A stretch of 20,000 nucleotides of DNA from the IMG/VR virus record IMGVR_UViG_3300020577_011735; one strand, 5' to 3'. The translations under genes were made by a program, and so were the position numbers. This document shows positions 16,209 to 20,000 of the stretch, piece by piece. Below the pieces are notes generated by a model that saw only the letters and a list, made by a program, of their open reading frames with translations, was not told the DNA's origin and did not search any database. Within the stretch, counting starts at the first letter, position 1; each line of letters opens with the position of its first letter. This stretch comes from an uncultured virus (IMG/VR IMGVR_UViG_3300020577_011735). Taxonomy: Duplodnaviria > Heunggongvirae > Uroviricota > Caudoviricetes.

Positions 16209-16874
16209 ATGAACAATCAAAAAGATTTTAGAAATTACCTCACCAAACATCATAGAATAAATAGCCTTGTAGTAGACGACTATTATAACTATCAAAACAA
16301 TACTCACCATATAATAGATGATAACATAAATGGAGTTATAGTAGATGTTTATTCTAAACTGGTAGAAAGTCGAATCATATTTTTATCTACCGAAATGGAG
16401 TCAGACGTTTGTAATTTAATAAAAGCACAACTACTCTATTTAGAACAGATAGGAGATGATGATATTAAAATATACATTGATTCACCCGGAGGATCTGTTT
16501 ATTCGGGACTAGGGTTACTAGATACAATTGAGTTTGTTAAGCCGGATATAATTACAATTAACACAGGATTAGCGGCTTCTATGGCAGCACTTATATTATG
16601 TAGTGGAACAAAAGGCAAAAGAAAGGCTTTAAAAAGATCAAGAACAATGATACATCAGCCATTAGGTTACACTGGATTTGCACAAGCATCTGATATCGAG
16701 ATTGATGCTAGACAAATAAACAATCTTAAAAAAGACTTATATGAAATCATTTCTGAAATGACAGGTCAAGCATATGATAAGGTTTCTCAAGATGGAGACA
16801 GAGATTATTGGATGAATGCTACTGAAGCAAAAAGATATGGTATGATTGATGAAATTATTTCTAAAAGAAAGTAA
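16209..16874 (+). CDS. clpP: ATP-dependent Clp protease proteolytic subunit
   Basis: DVYSKL..SRIIFL, AQLLYL, YIDSPGGSV; catalytic Ser in GLAASMA, His in MIHQP and Asp in DRDYWM; YGMIDEI. Confidence 0.96.
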   Translation: MNNQKDFRNYLTKHHRINSLVVDDYYNYQNNTHHIIDDNINGVIVDVYSKLVESRIIFLSTEMESDVCNLIKAQLLYLEQIGDDDIKIYIDSPGGSVYSGLGLLDTIEFVKPDIITINTGLAASMAALILCSGTKGKRKALKRSRTMIHQPLGYTGFAQASDIEIDARQINNLKKDLYEIISEMTGQAYDKVSQDGDRDYWMNATEAKRYGMIDEIISKRK

Positions 16875-16971
16875 TGTTAAATTAATATTAATTCAAAAAA
16901 TTTTATTGTTTTTTAAGGTATTCGTGTGATTTCTAATTATTTTATTAATATATAAGAAAAAGTAATTTAAT

Positions 16972-17391
16972 ATGTTAGTAAAAAATAGATATGAGGTGCA
17001 TAATACTCGCCAGACAAAAAAGAAAAGCGTCTTACGTATTCTTTTTTATTATTATACTTTTAAGCTATTTGGCCTAATGTATAAAATAAATAAAAAAATA
17101 ATTAAAATGTCAGACAATTTTTTTAAAAAAATCCAGAAAAAACTATTTGAAGAATTCATAACAAAAAAGGGAATCATTGAATTCACAACAGGAGACCATG
17201 AAGTATTCGTTAGAACTAAATGCGAATCGCACGAAAAAGTGTGGATACACATTGTAGATGATTCAGACCCGACTTGTAGTTATTTAGATAACGACATGTT
17301 TACTGTTAAAGATAAAGAAGTTCGTCATGGGTTCATTATACTAGCTCACATCGAGTCAAATAGTAGAAAAGTCTATTGGTTTATAAAATGA
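16972..17391 (+). CDS. Hypothetical protein (true start may be ATG 17107)
   Basis: ORF overlaps the next gene; TTAATATATA at 16945-16954 upstream. Confidence 0.55.
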   Translation: MLVKNRYEVHNTRQTKKKSVLRILFYYYTFKLFGLMYKINKKIIKMSDNFFKKIQKKLFEEFITKKGIIEFTTGDHEVFVRTKCESHEKVWIHIVDDSDPTCSYLDNDMFTVKDKEVRHGFIILAHIESNSRKVYWFIK

Positions 17392-18365
17392 TTATTTTCG
17401 TTTATGGTTGGTACAACCATGATAACTTAGGGGACGAAAGCTATAAATCTTCATTTAAGAAGACATGGCCAGAACATGAATTTACATTTTCAGATAAGGT
17501 TTTAGATGAGGATGTAAATAAGTATGATCTATGTATTATAGGAGGTGGTGATGTTATAAGAGAAAAGAGCCTTAAGCATATTTCCAGACTCAATTGTCCT
17601 AAAATATCAATATCAGTAACCATAACCTCCTTATCACTATTCCCAGATATTCATATATTAGATCATATATATGTACGCGATATGTCATCATATGATAATT
17701 TAGTTAAATTTGGATATAATAAGGTAACATATATTCCAGATATTTCCATTATTCTAGGAGGAGATAAAGAAAACGGTAATAAATTAATATCACAATTATT
17801 TGAAAAAAATAAATGTGATAAATATAATAAAGTTTATACTATTGTTGTTAATTCACATTTAGTCGGGAACTCTAATACATCTTTTAAGGATAAAATAATG
17901 TTTTTTAAAATGATAAACGATACGGTTGAATGTATAGATAGTACATCTGCGTCATTTTTATTTTTACCATTTTCAACGTCATTGCCTTGGGATGATAGAA
18001 TATCTAATGGATTGGTTAACTCATATTCTAAATTTTATAAAAAAAATTGTGTAATATACGATAGCTTATCAGTTAGTGATTCAATAGATATTATATCTGC
18101 AAGTGATATGATTATATCTAGTAGGTTCCATGGTTTAATATTTGGATTGGGAAATAATATCCCAACTGTTACAATAAGCTTTCATGATAAAATGAGCGGA
18201 TTTTGTGATACAATAGGGAAAAGTTACATAGATTATTGGAATTTTTCAGCATCAGAATTAAATAAACATATAAATAAATCTGAAGTGGTAAATATAGATA
18301 GAGAAAAAATTAAACAAGAATATCGTGAAAAAATACATTTCTTATGGAAAGGACAAGTCGATTAA
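17388..18365 (+). CDS. Polysaccharide pyruvyl transferase family protein (CsaB/WcaK-like)
   Basis: GWYNHDNLGD, IGGGD, YVRD, IPD and SSRFHGLIF motifs. ATG 17388 is preferred over 17376 because it gives a 4-nt overlap. Confidence 0.85.
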   Translation: MIIFVYGWYNHDNLGDESYKSSFKKTWPEHEFTFSDKVLDEDVNKYDLCIIGGGDVIREKSLKHISRLNCPKISISVTITSLSLFPDIHILDHIYVRDMSSYDNLVKFGYNKVTYIPDISIILGGDKENGNKLISQLFEKNKCDKYNKVYTIVVNSHLVGNSNTSFKDKIMFFKMINDTVECIDSTSASFLFLPFSTSLPWDDRISNGLVNSYSKFYKKNCVIYDSLSVSDSIDIISASDMIISSRFHGLIFGLGNNIPTVTISFHDKMSGFCDTIGKSYIDYWNFSASELNKHINKSEVVNIDREKIKQEYREKIHFLWKGQVD

Positions 18366-19578
18366 GGTTATATCAACATCTGATTTTGAACTAGTAGATT
18401 CAAAAGGCCATGTTGCAAAAACAGATGATCCAATAAGCTTATATCAAAAATTTATTAAAAAGGAAGATAAAGATACCCCTATTAAAATAGGGTATATTTG
18501 TAATTGGAATCAACAATGTGGCATATCAACTTATTCAAAATTTATATTTGATGAATTAAAATCACTTGTTGATGAATATAAGATATTCTCTGAGCTTCCT
18601 TTTGACCAAGAAGAAGATACAAAAGAAAATATTGTTTACTGTTGGAGGAGAGGGGAACATCTCAAAAAGTTATTAAATGAAATTAAAGAATATAATCCAA
18701 ATTTTATATTAATTCAACATGAATGGGGTATTTTTCCAAAAGCCGGATTTTTCATGTCCTTTATTACTGAATTAAAAAGATTACACATTCCAGTTATAGT
18801 TGCCCTACATAGTGTATATGATCACCTAGATAAAATAATTCCACTATCTGTATTAGATAATGTTATCGTTCATTCAAGTAATGCTAAAGGATTATTAGAG
18901 AGACTTAAATTTAAAGGAAATGTATTTGTAATTCCACATGGATGCCCTGAGGTTAAAAAATATGAAGAAGTTTGGAACATATTTCAAACACCTTATTTAA
19001 TTTTTGGATTTGGATTCGGGTTTAAATATAAAGGAGTAGAAATAGCAATAGATGCTATTAAATACTTAAAAGAAACTGATGAAAAATTTAAAGATATTTT
19101 ATACGTTTACGTTTGCTCTGAAAGTGATACTAACAAAGGAATACATGAATATTATTATAATACTCTATCAGAAAAAGTTGAGAAAGAAGGATTGGAAAAC
19201 AATGTTCTTTTAATTAGAGGATTTCTAGAAGATGAAATGCTTGATGTCTATTTAAAAACTGTTAAGATGGTTATATTTCCATATATATCTGATCCGACTA
19301 ATAGTGTATTTGGATCATCAGGGGCGATTAAAATAGCAATGTCATATAATATACCAGTTATCGCATCTAAATCACACTTATTTGATGATATAGAAGGATA
19401 TGCAATAAGAATTGGTGAATATAAAGAGTTAGCAATTGAGATTGATAAATTATTTAGTAGCGAAGATTATAGAAACCAAGTCATAGATAAAGCACATGAA
19501 TACATTGAAGAAAATACCTGGAAAAAAAGTGCTGAAAGATATTTTGATGTTATCAAAGAGGTTAGAGGATTGTATTAA
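18325..19578 (+). CDS. GT4 (GT-B fold) glycosyltransferase
   Basis: CGISTYS, IQHEWG, VIPHG, FGF..KYKGVE, FPY...SSGAIKIAMSYNIPVIAS. Confidence 0.88.
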   Translation: MKKYISYGKDKSIKVISTSDFELVDSKGHVAKTDDPISLYQKFIKKEDKDTPIKIGYICNWNQQCGISTYSKFIFDELKSLVDEYKIFSELPFDQEEDTKENIVYCWRRGEHLKKLLNEIKEYNPNFILIQHEWGIFPKAGFFMSFITELKRLHIPVIVALHSVYDHLDKIIPLSVLDNVIVHSSNAKGLLERLKFKGNVFVIPHGCPEVKKYEEVWNIFQTPYLIFGFGFGFKYKGVEIAIDAIKYLKETDEKFKDILYVYVCSESDTNKGIHEYYYNTLSEKVEKEGLENNVLLIRGFLEDEMLDVYLKTVKMVIFPYISDPTNSVFGSSGAIKIAMSYNIPVIASKSHLFDDIEGYAIRIGEYKELAIEIDKLFSSEDYRNQVIDKAHEYIEENTWKKSAERYFDVIKEVRGLY

Positions 19579-20000
19579 ACACGGGGATCTAAAAATATCA
19601 TAATGTCAAATAATATATATCCTCTATCTGGAAATTCATCAATAGAAATACTCTTACTTGTTTTTTCAAATTCAATTTTAATATCCGCCCATTTTTCCGG
19701 ACCGTCATTTATTATTTCGGACTTTATATCATTTGGTATATTGGGTGTAAGTTCTTCTGAGTCAGATAATCTGAATTTTATGTGATGTGTGAAGATTTTT
19801 TTAGGTAAAAGAAATTTTTTTCCATCTTGAAAATAGAAATCTCTTTGACCGAGAAATTTTTTTTGTAATAGATCCCTATTGAGAGTATCGGGATCGGGAT
19901 CATATTTTTTAAAATATAACTCTGCTTTATTATTTACGAGATGATATTTTTTTGATAATTTTGATATTTTTTTAAAAGCAAGATTAACTAATTCTTCCGT
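19575..20000 (-). CDS. Partial hypothetical protein (5' end outside the window)
   Basis: Not in the ORF track. The frame is open for 141 codons from the window edge and ends ...RGYILFDIMIFLDPRV*, convergent with the GT4 gene. Confidence 0.7.
   Translation of the reverse strand, partial: TEELVNLAFKKISKLSKKYHLVNNKAELYFKKYDPDPDTLNRDLLQKKFLGQRDFYFQDGKKFLLPKKIFTHHIKFRLSDSEELTPNIPNDIKSEIINDGPEKWADIKIEFEKTSKSISIDEFPDRGYILFDIMIFLDPRV

Overview
An AT-rich, gene-dense segment of what appears to be a large (jumbo-type, distantly T4-like) bacteriophage. A Bacteroidota host is probable, given a TTTG-N19-TAnnTTTG promoter and the near absence of Shine-Dalgarno sites. It encodes the C-terminal half of a family B DNA polymerase, a T4 gp61-like primase, a dCMP deaminase, a sirtuin, ClpP, an HNH nuclease, a HAD-family protein, three glycan-modifying enzymes and many small hypothetical proteins. 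The most striking observation is in the polymerase gene: it is interrupted inside catalytic motif B (KLVLNGSY|GAF) by a 40-nt GC-rich element with an in-frame stop and an 11-bp GAAA-tetraloop hairpin. Precise removal of the element restores the motif and the frame, which points to a mini-intron, a ribosomal bypass or a stop-restart split. Three other patterns stand out: a C-terminal R[DE]xK[IL]xx[IL][IL] tag shared by eight small proteins; a T4 capsid-targeting-like peptide motif that co-occurs with a TTAATATATA upstream motif; and a protein with 22 CxxC motifs that could form an 11-zinc DnaJ-type hairpin rod. All calls come from reading motifs by eye; no database searches were run.
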